DNA from: Lusitaniella coriacea LEGE 07167
Lineage (GTDB): Bacteria; Cyanobacteriota; Cyanobacteriia; Cyanobacteriales; Spirulinaceae
Reading direction: 5' to 3' (one strand)
Assembly: GCF_050053475.1 (NCBI RefSeq)
Contig: NZ_JBBBDN010000001.1
DNA: 64,000 bases
Program-made: the position numbers and the translations under genes
Notes under the pieces: model-generated
Databases searched by the model: none
Seen by the model: only the letters and a program-made list of their open reading frames with translations
Told to the model about the DNA's origin: nothing
Shown here: positions 1 through 9,345 of the stretch, in pieces
How the letters are laid out: every line of letters begins with the position of its first letter
How positions within the stretch are numbered: the stretch's first letter is position 1

Positions 1-120
1 TTAGATATGTTTTAGCTTATCTTTGGGGAACGTTGGGTTATAAGTATATTGATTGAGGAGTCTGAGGTCTGCGGTTGTAGCATTTTAGGCTCCTCAATTT
101 TCTTCAGTCTGCTCCCTCTC

Positions 121-2457
121 TCAAGACACTTTTTGATAATTATTTTTACGGCGTTTCTCAATTTCTGCAATAGGCAATAGGAGCGTTGATTCGATTTCTT
201 GTCGAACGTCTCCGCTCACTCTAGAAATGCGTTTCAGACACTCAACCAATAATTTATTCGCATCGTAATATTGTTTGAGTAATTCCTTTTCTTGGGTTTT
301 AAACTGCCAATCATAACCAATATTTCGATAGGCAATGATAGTGAGTCGCAAGTTTTGCGTCCAAATTTCGCTGTTGGATTTCCACCATTTTTGATAAGTC
401 GATTTATCCCCTTCTGCATCGGGAAGTTGCGATTTAAATCGCTTTAAGGATTGTTTGAGTTCGTGTTCGAGTTGAATGTGTAAGTTATCCACAAAGGTCA
501 AAAATAAACCCAAATCGTAGGCGAAAGTGACTAACAAACAGTCGAGGATTAGATCCAAGAGAAATTCATAATCTAGTTTCCGAATGGAATTATATTTGAA
601 TACTCGGTTCAAATTTTCATCCAGGTGGCAAGCCAGAGAGCGATCGTGAAGGGAAGATTTTAAGGCGCGATCGACTGCATGAGAAAAGTCTAGAGAACGA
701 GCGAGTTTGGGTTCTAAAATGCGATCGACTGCCAAGGAAAAATAAAAAGCACGAACGGCGGCTTGTTTGTAAGAAACTTGCACTAAACTTGCTTTTTGAG
801 TCACCCAAGCCATGAAAATTTGTAACTTCTGATTGGTGGCAATGATTGTATCTGTTTTTTGCTTTATTTGTAGTAAAAGATCGTCGGGATTATTCATGCG
901 TTCGGCTGCAAGAAAAAAGATCTCTTGCCAACTTTTTTGCATTAACGAACTAAAGGAGCGATCTGAGAATTGGGGAGAGAAGCGATCGAGAATTGCTTTT
1001 GTCAAAAAATATTCGTGTAGCGTTAAATGTGCAAAAGAATAAATCCCCGGCGCTCTCTCCAAAAGCAAGCCATACTGTTCTTCTAGGATTTCTAGAATGG
1101 CTTTATATTCTGGTTTGTCTTGAGCGTTGAGATCGGAAGGATATCGTCGATTGAGGTAATCGGTTATATCTTTCTGAAGGGTTTTTTCCTCAAAAAATAG
1201 TTCTTCTCTCTCAAAACTTTTAGTGGCAATGTAGTTTAAAAGCTCGTGGAATAATTGAGGATCGAGGGAAGAATCTATGTCTTTGGGGTCGAGTAGCAAT
1301 TTAATGCTCTGCTCGTAAAAATCGAAGTGGCAAGAGGGCAAATATTTGAAGGTCTGGAATACCCAACAGGCAAAACTTAGCAGAATGGGAGTGACAGCAA
1401 GTTTGGCAATTTGCTGATTTTCGCGAAATCTCAATTTGCCGATAAATTGCTTTGCAAGGATATTCCCATGATGGGGTTTTTCTGTGAGAGCGCAGAACCA
1501 ATTTTTTGCAAATTGCTCGACTTGTGCTGAACTGAGGTTAACGACTTCGACGTATTCAAAGTTGGGAAAGGTGTATTCTGTTGCTTGCGTTCGACAGGTG
1601 AGAACGATTGAGTTTTTGTAGTATTGCTGGGAGAAGTTGCGAATTTGGTACTGAACGTTACGTCGCGCGGTTTCGGGCATTTCGTCTAAACCGTCGAATA
1701 ACAGAAGCACTTTACCGGAGTTTAAAATATTCTCGGTTTGCAGGGGATCGATTAGACCCAATTCGAGGTGAATGTATTCTTTGAGTAGGGCGTTACGCCG
1801 AGTGACCAGAGGGGTTAATTCTTTGAGTTCGAGTAGGATGGGAATGTAGTCGGAGTGCAGTTGACCGTTGCAGCAGGCGATCGCGAGATGTTTGAGAAAG
1901 GTACTTTTTCCTGTACCCGGTTTGCCGATAACGATGGATTTGGGCGATCGCGCGATCGCTTGCAATCCCGACAAGCGCTGTTGGGGTTCTCCTAAACCAA
2001 ATCGTTCAAAATCCTGTTGCGGCTTGAAGTCTTGGAGCAAATTAGCCGGAGAGATACAGGTTTCCCTAGAGAGTCGTTCGACGGTGCAAAGATCGACGCA
2101 CAATTGGCTGACCTCAACCTGTTGCTGATTGAGCAGGGTTACTTGACTATGGCGGCGTTTGATTTTACGGCAACAGTGTTGGCGAACTTGTTCGATTAAA
2201 ACAGATAGCTCGCGATCGAGGTCGGGTTCGCCGTTTTCGATCAGACCGTCATTTTCCTCTAAAGCGAGTCCTAGGGCAGAATAAATACTTTCTAAAGCTT
2301 CGCGATCGATAGGTTTTCCGGTCAAAAAGCGAGAGATAATTTGAGGGCTTAATCCGGTGAGTTTTTCGAGAATTTTCTGCTGCAAGGTATCGCGCGCAAG
2401 GGCTTGTTTAACTTTGCGAATAGCCTGTTGATGTGCTTGGAATGAGCGACTTGCCAT
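121..2457 (-). CDS. STAND-family NTPase with NACHT domain and N-terminal HTH-like domain
   Basis: 778-aa ORF. Walker A GKPGTGKST, Walker B LLLFDGLDE and sensor-1 TCR motifs typical of NACHT. The first ~70 aa look like an XRE-type HTH (LTGLSPQIISRFLTGKPIDREALESI). The ~400-aa C-terminal region is helical with no recognisable repeats. Confidence 0.85.
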   Translation of the reverse strand: MASRSFQAHQQAIRKVKQALARDTLQQKILEKLTGLSPQIISRFLTGKPIDREALESIYSALGLALEENDGLIENGEPDLDRELSVLIEQVRQHCCRKIKRRHSQVTLLNQQQVEVSQLCVDLCTVERLSRETCISPANLLQDFKPQQDFERFGLGEPQQRLSGLQAIARSPKSIVIGKPGTGKSTFLKHLAIACCNGQLHSDYIPILLELKELTPLVTRRNALLKEYIHLELGLIDPLQTENILNSGKVLLLFDGLDEMPETARRNVQYQIRNFSQQYYKNSIVLTCRTQATEYTFPNFEYVEVVNLSSAQVEQFAKNWFCALTEKPHHGNILAKQFIGKLRFRENQQIAKLAVTPILLSFACWVFQTFKYLPSCHFDFYEQSIKLLLDPKDIDSSLDPQLFHELLNYIATKSFEREELFFEEKTLQKDITDYLNRRYPSDLNAQDKPEYKAILEILEEQYGLLLERAPGIYSFAHLTLHEYFLTKAILDRFSPQFSDRSFSSLMQKSWQEIFFLAAERMNNPDDLLLQIKQKTDTIIATNQKLQIFMAWVTQKASLVQVSYKQAAVRAFYFSLAVDRILEPKLARSLDFSHAVDRALKSSLHDRSLACHLDENLNRVFKYNSIRKLDYEFLLDLILDCLLVTFAYDLGLFLTFVDNLHIQLEHELKQSLKRFKSQLPDAEGDKSTYQKWWKSNSEIWTQNLRLTIIAYRNIGYDWQFKTQEKELLKQYYDANKLLVECLKRISRVSGDVRQEIESTLLLPIAEIEKRRKNNYQKVS

Positions 2458-3164
2458 ATACCCAAAGACCAGATGGATTCCCGAAAGATGTCTACTGATG
2501 TAGACGAAATAAAGGGAGAATTGAACCCGAATTTACTATAAATCCTACAACCGTCGGCGAGAGTTGGCGAATGTCGGCGAGAAAAGAAGCGGCGAGCAGG
2601 ATCGAGGATTTCCAATCGGGATAGCGGTTAGTTGTTATCCTGCCAGGGTTGTGATGGGAAAAATGTTACTGTTGCGAACATTACAATGCTTTTTTGCAAT
2701 TAATTGAGCTGAACCAGGGCAAAATTGAGGGAATTTGTCGGGTTGATGGGGATCGCGGCAGCAGGCGCTAAAGGTTGAGAACCCTCCCGATATTAACATT
2801 AAGATCCGTTCGATTCTGCGCGTCATGACTTGGGGAAAGAAACAGCACTGGTGATAAGCTGTTACACATTTAAATTGTGAATGAGACTGACACGGGGACG
2901 GGGTGAGGGATTGAAGGCTTTGATACAGAGCGTTTGATACCCAATTTGAATGTGTTTTAGCTTACCAAATCCTAAAGAGCTTAAACGATTTGCTGGGGAT
3001 TGCGATCGAGAATTGGTATGAGTAATTCTCAATATTCGCACAAGGCGTGTTAGCTTGGGGAACCTAAATCTGTCAATATAGCAGTAGGCTATCAGCTTCT
3101 TACGCAGTTGGATAGGTTGAGGAGGTGGCAACATTTGAGGTTTCCTCGAAACCCCGTACGCTCC

Positions 3165-3240
3165 ATCGCCATCAGCCCAAACCTTACTATCTATTTTTAG
3201 CTTATAGCTTTGTGAAATGTCCTAACCTTAATGCTTCGTG
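3165..3240 (+). repeat. mosaic intergenic repeat (CAGCC..AAACCTT.CTAT..TAGCTT..TGTGARATGTCCTAACCTKAATG), copy 1
   Basis: Shares 24/25 nt (tgtgaaatgtcctaaccttaatg) and flanking modules with 54404-54510 and partly with 22415-22475. Confidence 0.7.
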
Positions 3241-3268
3241 CTGTATTCTCTCGTTCGTTATTTTTTGA

Positions 3269-4732
3269 ATGACATCTAACCCAGAAGCAGACATTCAAAA
3301 TTCTCAACGGTTTTATCCCTTTGACCGGGCGGCGATCGCGGCAATTGCTTTACTGTTTGTTTTTGTTATTGGTCTTACAGTCTTCGGCAAGTTCTTGACT
3401 CCCAAGGTGGCTGGATTTAGCTGGCAAGATCGAAAAATCGGTGCGGATGCACGGGCTTTTGTGCTGAAGTTTAAACGCCCGATGGATCGCGCTAGCGTTG
3501 AGACAAATTTACAAATCGAACCCGATCTTCCGGGCAAGATTGCTTGGGGCGATCGCGAACTGTTTTATACGCTGCTGCAACCGCCTGTGTACGGGGAAAA
3601 TTACCAGGTCACCTTGCAAGGGGCAAAGGAACGGTATGGCGAGTGGGGCGCTGGGGGACGGCGAATTGAAACCTTTCAGGGAATGTTTGAGGCGCGCGAT
3701 CGCGTGTTTGCTTATTTGGGCGTGGAGGGAGACGAACGGGGGAAGTTAATCCTCTACAATCTCACGCAAGAGCGCAAGCAAATTTTGACTCCTCCCGATC
3801 TGATTGTCATTGACTTTAAGCCCTATCCCGACAGCGAGAGAATTCTATTTTCCGCGATCGATAGCGCCTCTGTCGATCGCGATTTGCGCGACCTGCAACT
3901 CTACACCGTCACTACAGGACTGAATAGCACTCAACCCTTCGGTCGCATTCAGCCGATTTTGGATGCTAGAACCTACCAAAATTTTCAATTCGATCTCTCC
4001 ACCGATGGCAAGACCGTTATTATTGACCGAGAGAATCCCCTCAACCCTTCCGATACGGCATTGTGGATCGTTCCTGGTGCTGGGGAACCCCGTTCCTTGG
4101 GCATTCGCGGGGAAACCTTCGCGATCGCGCCGGACGGTCAAACCTTAGCTGTTGGTCAAGAACGGGGCATCTCCCTAATCCCCCTCACGCCTCAAGCCCC
4201 GCCCTTAGCATTTTTGCCGGGATACGAAGAAATTTTAGAATTTTCCCCCGACCGCGCCATGCCTCTCTTGCTGGATATTTTACCCGACGGCACGCGATCG
4301 CTCGTTCTGGTTAAGGGTCGAGGTCTTTCCCCAAAACGCATCCCCATTGCGGGATTAGTGCGGGATTGCAAATTCTCGCCACTACAAACGGATATTCTCT
4401 ATTGTTTTCAACTTGGGGGGAAAAACCAGCCTCCCGAACAACCCCTTCTCTCCCTCATCGATCTAAAAAAGGTTCGCGAAACCCCTTTCCTCGCCCTGAC
4501 TGACTATCAAGAGGTCGTTATGAGTTTATCTCCTGATGGATTGACGTTGCTGTTCGATCAAGTGGTAACCACTCCTAGTGGGTTCGAGGGCGACCCATCG
4601 CAACCCGAAACATTAGCTGCCAGTATTTGGTTATTGCGCTTACCCGATCCCTCGCGCGAGGGCGATCGCGCGATCGCCATTCAACGCCCCGAAAAGCTCT
4701 TTCCCGGTTTAAATCCCGTCTGGTTGCCATAA
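3269..4732 (+). CDS. membrane-anchored TolB-like/WD40-like beta-propeller protein
   Basis: 487 aa. N-terminal TM helix (IAAIALLFVFVIGLTVFG). Repeated SPDG/APDGQ/FSPDR motifs are typical of TolB-like propeller blades. Confidence 0.65.
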   Translation: MTSNPEADIQNSQRFYPFDRAAIAAIALLFVFVIGLTVFGKFLTPKVAGFSWQDRKIGADARAFVLKFKRPMDRASVETNLQIEPDLPGKIAWGDRELFYTLLQPPVYGENYQVTLQGAKERYGEWGAGGRRIETFQGMFEARDRVFAYLGVEGDERGKLILYNLTQERKQILTPPDLIVIDFKPYPDSERILFSAIDSASVDRDLRDLQLYTVTTGLNSTQPFGRIQPILDARTYQNFQFDLSTDGKTVIIDRENPLNPSDTALWIVPGAGEPRSLGIRGETFAIAPDGQTLAVGQERGISLIPLTPQAPPLAFLPGYEEILEFSPDRAMPLLLDILPDGTRSLVLVKGRGLSPKRIPIAGLVRDCKFSPLQTDILYCFQLGGKNQPPEQPLLSLIDLKKVRETPFLALTDYQEVVMSLSPDGLTLLFDQVVTTPSGFEGDPSQPETLAASIWLLRLPDPSREGDRAIAIQRPEKLFPGLNPVWLP

Positions 4733-4970
4733 ACTTTATAAGAATAATGAGTATCTCCACGCTTCACGCCAACTCGTAGTATTTTAAGAAACGCGATCCC
4801 AAATTTTCCCGACGATCCTCGCGATCGCGATCGGCAGATCGTTCGTTTAACCCGTAAAAATGGCATTCTTTTCCTTTGACTTCTGGCAAAATCTATGGCA
4901 AAAATTTGTCTCGCCCGAACAGTCAAATATTCCTTTCGACCCCAATACACATCAACCTTTGGAGGAAACC

Positions 4971-6695
4971 ATGTCTAAACCCACTCGTTCCCCTCTACCC
5001 ATTATTCTCGTTCGCGGTTTTGGCGGACTCGATGTTGCCCAAGAAAGAAAAGATACCTATCAACGCTTTAATATCGGAACTGTCTATCCCCATAAAAAAG
5101 GAGATAACTATATTTATGAAGGAATGCTCTTGCGGTTTGTAAAATCAAAATGGCGCTATCAAGATGCTGTTAATGTTATTAAATACGATGACATCAGCGA
5201 TAAAGGTGACACCCTCAAAGACTATCAAGCCTTTATTCCCTACGACCAAATCAAACGCTCTTCTTATCCGGGAGTGTTGGAGAAGTTTGAGCGTTTAAAA
5301 GACGAAGGATTCTTCTGTTACGATTGCGTGATGCTCGACCCCAGTATGGCACTTTACCTCCTAGAATCGAGCGAAGATCCTTGGCAAACCTTATGGGTTT
5401 TTCGCTACTACGATCTGGGAAACCGCGACTTTAATCGCTACGGTCAATCCCTCGTTCGTACTATTAATATCATCCGAGAATTAACCGCAAAATCTGAAGC
5501 AGATGGAACATTAATTAAGCCAAAAGTCAATATCATTGCCCATTCGATGGGAGGACTTGTCGTTCGTAACGCTTTGCAAAATGCTTATCCAGAACTCGGC
5601 GAAAAAGCAGAAAACTATATTAATAAAATTGTCACTCTTGGCACGCCTCATCGAGGGATCGCCTTTCAAATTTTAGAGAATTGGATTAGTTTAAGAGGGT
5701 CGAAAAGTCCAGAACAAGAACTCGAACGCTTCAATCAAAAACGGCAAAAAAATCCCGATAATCCTGAAGCATTTGTTAATTTTCAGAAATATTTTCCCCT
5801 CGATCGTTTACTCGCCGTGGTCGGTACGAATTATCATACCTATAAGCCCTTTGCCTCTACCTTAAATCGCATCTTTTCTTCGGCAGGGGAATTTGGTCCT
5901 AACTACAATCGCAGTGATGGTTTAGTCAAACAATCTTCCGCACACATCCCAGGCGCGCCGCGCACGTTCGTACACAAGTGTCATGGCGGAGAAGATTCGC
6001 TCATTTCATCGCGAGAATCCTATGAAATTGCGACGCGATTCTTTTTTGGCGATGTTGGAGTGCGCTTGCTTTTTGTGGAAGGAAAAGCCACTTTGGGAAT
6101 GGATCTCTTCGGGAAAAGCGAGTTTTTTATCGGCGTTTCAATTAAGCCACGCGGGGTTGATTTTGAACTATTCCATCAAAGTAAAGAAGCGGAAAATTGC
6201 TACGGGCCTTTCCGTAAAAGCGATCCGGGGGATACTCAGAAAAATGTCAATCCCAGCGAAACAAATGTCAATTTCAGCGAAACAAATGTCAATTTCAGCG
6301 AAACAATGGATGAGATTGCATTTCCTTGGATTGAAGTGGACGAGCGCGATCGTAAATTAATGTGGGAAGGTCATTTAAACACGGCACTCATTGTTGGCAA
6401 TTCGCAAGATGACACAGCAGAAAAAGATATGGTCTTTCGCCTGGAGTTCTACGTGAGCGAACGAGATTTATTAGGCTTAGGCTTTTCTGATAATGTAATT
6501 TTTTCCAAGCAGTATTACGTTCGCGCCTTATTGAATAAAAATCCCCTGGAATTGGAACTTTATACCAATCAACGGAAGATGACGGGCGGTATGCCAATGG
6601 AATACGATAATGGCGGCTGGAATTTTGAGATTAAAGGAACGGGATTTCGCGGAACCTTCCGTATCGAACTTCAAAGAATTCCCCTCGAAGGTTAG
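4971..6695 (+). CDS. alpha/beta-hydrolase (lipase class 2-like) with C-terminal extension
   Basis: GHSMGG nucleophile-elbow motif, PIILVRGFGG oxyanion-region motif and HRG downstream. Start placed at the ATG at 4971, preceded by GGAGGA 8 nt upstream; the track ORF begins at 4860. The C-terminal ~250 aa is unrecognised and contains a 21-bp x3 tandem repeat. Confidence 0.8.
   Translation: MSKPTRSPLPIILVRGFGGLDVAQERKDTYQRFNIGTVYPHKKGDNYIYEGMLLRFVKSKWRYQDAVNVIKYDDISDKGDTLKDYQAFIPYDQIKRSSYPGVLEKFERLKDEGFFCYDCVMLDPSMALYLLESSEDPWQTLWVFRYYDLGNRDFNRYGQSLVRTINIIRELTAKSEADGTLIKPKVNIIAHSMGGLVVRNALQNAYPELGEKAENYINKIVTLGTPHRGIAFQILENWISLRGSKSPEQELERFNQKRQKNPDNPEAFVNFQKYFPLDRLLAVVGTNYHTYKPFASTLNRIFSSAGEFGPNYNRSDGLVKQSSAHIPGAPRTFVHKCHGGEDSLISSRESYEIATRFFFGDVGVRLLFVEGKATLGMDLFGKSEFFIGVSIKPRGVDFELFHQSKEAENCYGPFRKSDPGDTQKNVNPSETNVNFSETNVNFSETMDEIAFPWIEVDERDRKLMWEGHLNTALIVGNSQDDTAEKDMVFRLEFYVSERDLLGLGFSDNVIFSKQYYVRALLNKNPLELELYTNQRKMTGGMPMEYDNGGWNFEIKGTGFRGTFRIELQRIPLEG
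6243..6305 (+). repeat. 21-bp x3 in-frame tandem repeat (NVNPSET/NVNFSET/NVNFSET) inside the hydrolase gene
   Basis: Units aatgtcaatcccagcgaaaca / aatgtcaatttcagcgaaaca / aatgtcaatttcagcgaaaca; units 2 and 3 are identical, unit 1 differs by two nucleotides. Confidence 0.9.
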
Positions 6696-6800
6696 AATTA
6701 AGCATTCAGTCTTCAGCTTTTGGATAAACAAGATCGGCAAATACTCTTGTTTAATGATTCTTTCGAGCTGATGGCTGACGGCTGAATGCTTACGATTAAA

Positions 6801-6956
6801 ATGGCACGCCAGCGCAAAAAGTCCGATCTCCCTCAAAAAATTTGTCCCGTATGCCATCGTCCCTTTACCTGGCGCAAAAAGTGGGCGAATTGTTGGGATG
6901 GGGTAAAGTATTGCTCGGAACGGTGTCGCCGACGCAAATCCGATGCCAATTGCTAA
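6801..6956 (+). CDS. DUF2256-like small C4 zinc-finger protein (not in ORF track, under 60 aa)
   Basis: 51 aa [51 protein letters not shown]. The CxxC...C..RC pattern and RPFxWRKKW motif match the DUF2256 family as I recall it. Confidence 0.55.
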   Translation: MARQRKKSDLPQKICPVCHRPFTWRKKWANCWDGVKYCSERCRRRKSDANC

Positions 6957-7125
6957 ACTGTAGCTTGATTCCGCACTCCATAAATCTTAAGCTATGTTTA
7001 TGAATCGCAATACTTAATGCAGTGTGTCGTGAGGTTGCTGTCTTGGCACGATCGCGGCGCACTCAAAGAAGATCGCGCAATTTATTGAAAGACCGTTTAA
7101 TCGCACAACATTGTTTTAATCATCT

Positions 7126-7500
7126 GTGGATAACCAGCTTGTCCAATCAAATGTCTGTATTAAGCAAGTCCTTTTAACCGTCGTGACAGTCATCTGCATC
7201 GTTCTGGCAATCTTCTTGGGGATTAATCTCTATCAACGGTCAGACCCTTTTGTTAGCAGTGTTTTCTCCTTAGAAGGCGATGCGTCAAGGGGACGGGAAA
7301 TTTTCCAGATCAATTGTGCCGCTTGTCATGGGATTGCGGGAAATGGGAAGGTGGGACCGAGTTTGCAGCGAGTTGCTAAACGGAAGTCGTCAATGGGTTT
7401 GATTCATCAAGTGGTTGGGGGAAAAACGCCACCTATGCCTAAATTCCAAGCTAATCCTCAAGAAATGGCGGATTTGTTGAAGTATTTAGAGCAATTGTAA
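7126..7500 (+). CDS. membrane-anchored class I c-type cytochrome (CytM-like)
   Basis: CAACH heme-binding motif, downstream Met ligand region (PPMPKF) and an N-terminal hydrophobic anchor; 124 aa. Confidence 0.75.
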   Translation: MDNQLVQSNVCIKQVLLTVVTVICIVLAIFLGINLYQRSDPFVSSVFSLEGDASRGREIFQINCAACHGIAGNGKVGPSLQRVAKRKSSMGLIHQVVGGKTPPMPKFQANPQEMADLLKYLEQL

Positions 7501-7533
7501 TCGCGATCGCGCGCCTGAGATTTTGAGTGTCAA

Positions 7534-9345
7534 TCAATTCACAATAACGGGTTGCCATTGAGGAGACATCCAGGGTCGTTCGCTTTCGTTCTGGGTAGAG
7601 GGGGATTGTGGTTTTTGGGTGCGCTGAAGATAAATTTTTGCGGCGCGATCTCGCGGATTATGCTGCAAACAGGCGCTAAACCCTTCTGCGGCTGCCGTCC
7701 AGTCTTGCAGGTAATAATTCACGAGTGCTTGTTCAAACTGAGTTTTGGTTGCCAATTTTCCCGCGCGCAACTCTGGGGGATCGGCGTTAAAAACTTCAAA
7801 AACCGATACCCGGTTAGACTTGCCTTTAACCGCCACGCGATCGACCAAGCGGAAGTCGTACTCAAAGGGATCGCTCAAGCGCAAAAACGTCTCGTGGGAG
7901 ATGAGCAGCGATACGCCGTAGGTTTTGGTCAATCCTTCCATGCGGGATGCCAAATTGACTGCATCGCTAATCACGGTACTGTCCATCCGCGACCGACCCC
8001 CTACGGTTCCCAGCATCAAGTTTCCCGTATTAATCCCGATGCCAATTTGAATCGGCAGGCGATCGCGCCGTTGGCGGGTGGTATTGTATTGGGCGAGTCG
8101 TTGCAGCATATCAACACCCGCTCGAACCGCATCGTCAGCACTGTGACTAAAGAGTGCCATAATCGTATCGCCAATATATTTATCAATAAAACCCTGGTGT
8201 TCGAGAATCGCGGGTTCCATTTGAGTCAGATAGCTGTTGATGAATTTGAAGGTTTCATCCAGGGTCATATTTTCAGACAAGGTGGAGAAATGACAGATGT
8301 TGGCGAACAAAATAGACATCTCCTGCTGAACCGATTCCCCCACTTCCACCTCGACGATGCTTTTCTTATCGAGCAGTTGCAGAAATTGCTTGGGAACGAA
8401 GCGCTCGTTGGCTTGATTGAGTTCTAGGAGTTCTTGGGTGAGGCGTTGGCGTTCTGCTTCGGCACGTTGGCGTTCGGTAATATCTTGAAATGCCGCGATC
8501 GCGTAAATAATATTTCCCTGAGTGTCATAAATTGGCGTTCCCCACACTTCAATCGGAATGCGCCGATCCTCCTGGCGAATCTCAAGATCGTTAATCCGAG
8601 TGCTTTCTCCCTGCAAAGCCCTGTAACTGGGCAAATTCTCCGAAGGATACAACTCCTCGCTATCCACTCGATAAAGCTGATAAAGACCAGGAAACTGCGT
8701 TACGGTGGCATCTGGAACTCGGTCTTTTCCCATTAATTCTTTCGCTTTAGCATTGAGCGCATACAGCATTCCCCGATTGTCAAGAACGATCGTTCCCACA
8801 GGGACCCCATCGAGAAATTGTTGCAAGCGATGCTCGTTATCTCGAAGTTGAGCGATAAGTTGGATTTGTTTGCGGTTTGCCACCTCCAGCGCTTGATTCA
8901 CCTCTTGCAATTGGAGATGGCGTTCTGCCAGCTTTTGCTCTTGAAGATAGCGGTGTAGCGCCTCGCTAACCGTCAAGCTCAAATCCTCCGATTGCCAGGG
9001 TTTAGAAATATAGCGGTATAACTTCGCCTCATTCACCGCACTTCCCACCGCTTCGACCGTTGCTTGTCCGGTCAGCATGATTTTGAGGGTTTTTGGCGAA
9101 ATAGCATGGATGCGCTTCAGCAATTCATCTCCCTTCATTCCCGGCATAACGTAATCGGAGATGACCAATGCGACTTCGTACTCGTCCTCTTCTAACTCCT
9201 CTAAAACCTCCAGCGCTTCTTCCCCCCCCTGCGCCAATTCAATGGCAATCGCGTATGTGCGATCCAACACCCGTTCCAGCTCTATTTTTAAGCTGTCCAG
9301 GATATGTTGTTCGTCATCGACACAGAGAATGGCAAGTCGGTTCAT
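7534..9345 (-). CDS. response-regulator receiver + PAS + class III adenylate/guanylate cyclase
   Basis: Start assigned to MNRLAILCVDDE (ATG at 9343-9345, ATGA overlap with the upstream gene's stop). REC domain with conserved D/K, coiled-coil, PAS (IYAIAAFQDITERQRAEAE) and a C-terminal CHD cyclase (FSTLSE...IGDTIMALF...GINTG...GxxxxxxGD-like). Confidence 0.85.
   Translation of the reverse strand: MNRLAILCVDDEQHILDSLKIELERVLDRTYAIAIELAQGGEEALEVLEELEEDEYEVALVISDYVMPGMKGDELLKRIHAISPKTLKIMLTGQATVEAVGSAVNEAKLYRYISKPWQSEDLSLTVSEALHRYLQEQKLAERHLQLQEVNQALEVANRKQIQLIAQLRDNEHRLQQFLDGVPVGTIVLDNRGMLYALNAKAKELMGKDRVPDATVTQFPGLYQLYRVDSEELYPSENLPSYRALQGESTRINDLEIRQEDRRIPIEVWGTPIYDTQGNIIYAIAAFQDITERQRAEAERQRLTQELLELNQANERFVPKQFLQLLDKKSIVEVEVGESVQQEMSILFANICHFSTLSENMTLDETFKFINSYLTQMEPAILEHQGFIDKYIGDTIMALFSHSADDAVRAGVDMLQRLAQYNTTRQRRDRLPIQIGIGINTGNLMLGTVGGRSRMDSTVISDAVNLASRMEGLTKTYGVSLLISHETFLRLSDPFEYDFRLVDRVAVKGKSNRVSVFEVFNADPPELRAGKLATKTQFEQALVNYYLQDWTAAAEGFSACLQHNPRDRAAKIYLQRTQKPQSPSTQNESERPWMSPQWQPVIVN

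Noticed and set aside
2458-3164. Small ORFs (2635-2826, 2862-3134, 2349-2615) in the 800-bp spacer next to the NACHT gene
   Set aside because: No RBS, odd composition, and they overlap repeat modules; more likely a promoter and repeat region than coding, although a small ncRNA here is possible.
4860-4970. N-terminal 37-aa extension of the hydrolase ORF in the track
   Set aside because: There is no RBS at 4860, while GGAGGA lies immediately upstream of the ATG at 4971 and the protein domain starts there.
7552-8427. 291-aa ORF on the plus strand
   Set aside because: Lies entirely antisense within the well-supported adenylate cyclase gene and has no motifs; a shadow ORF of a GC-rich coding region.
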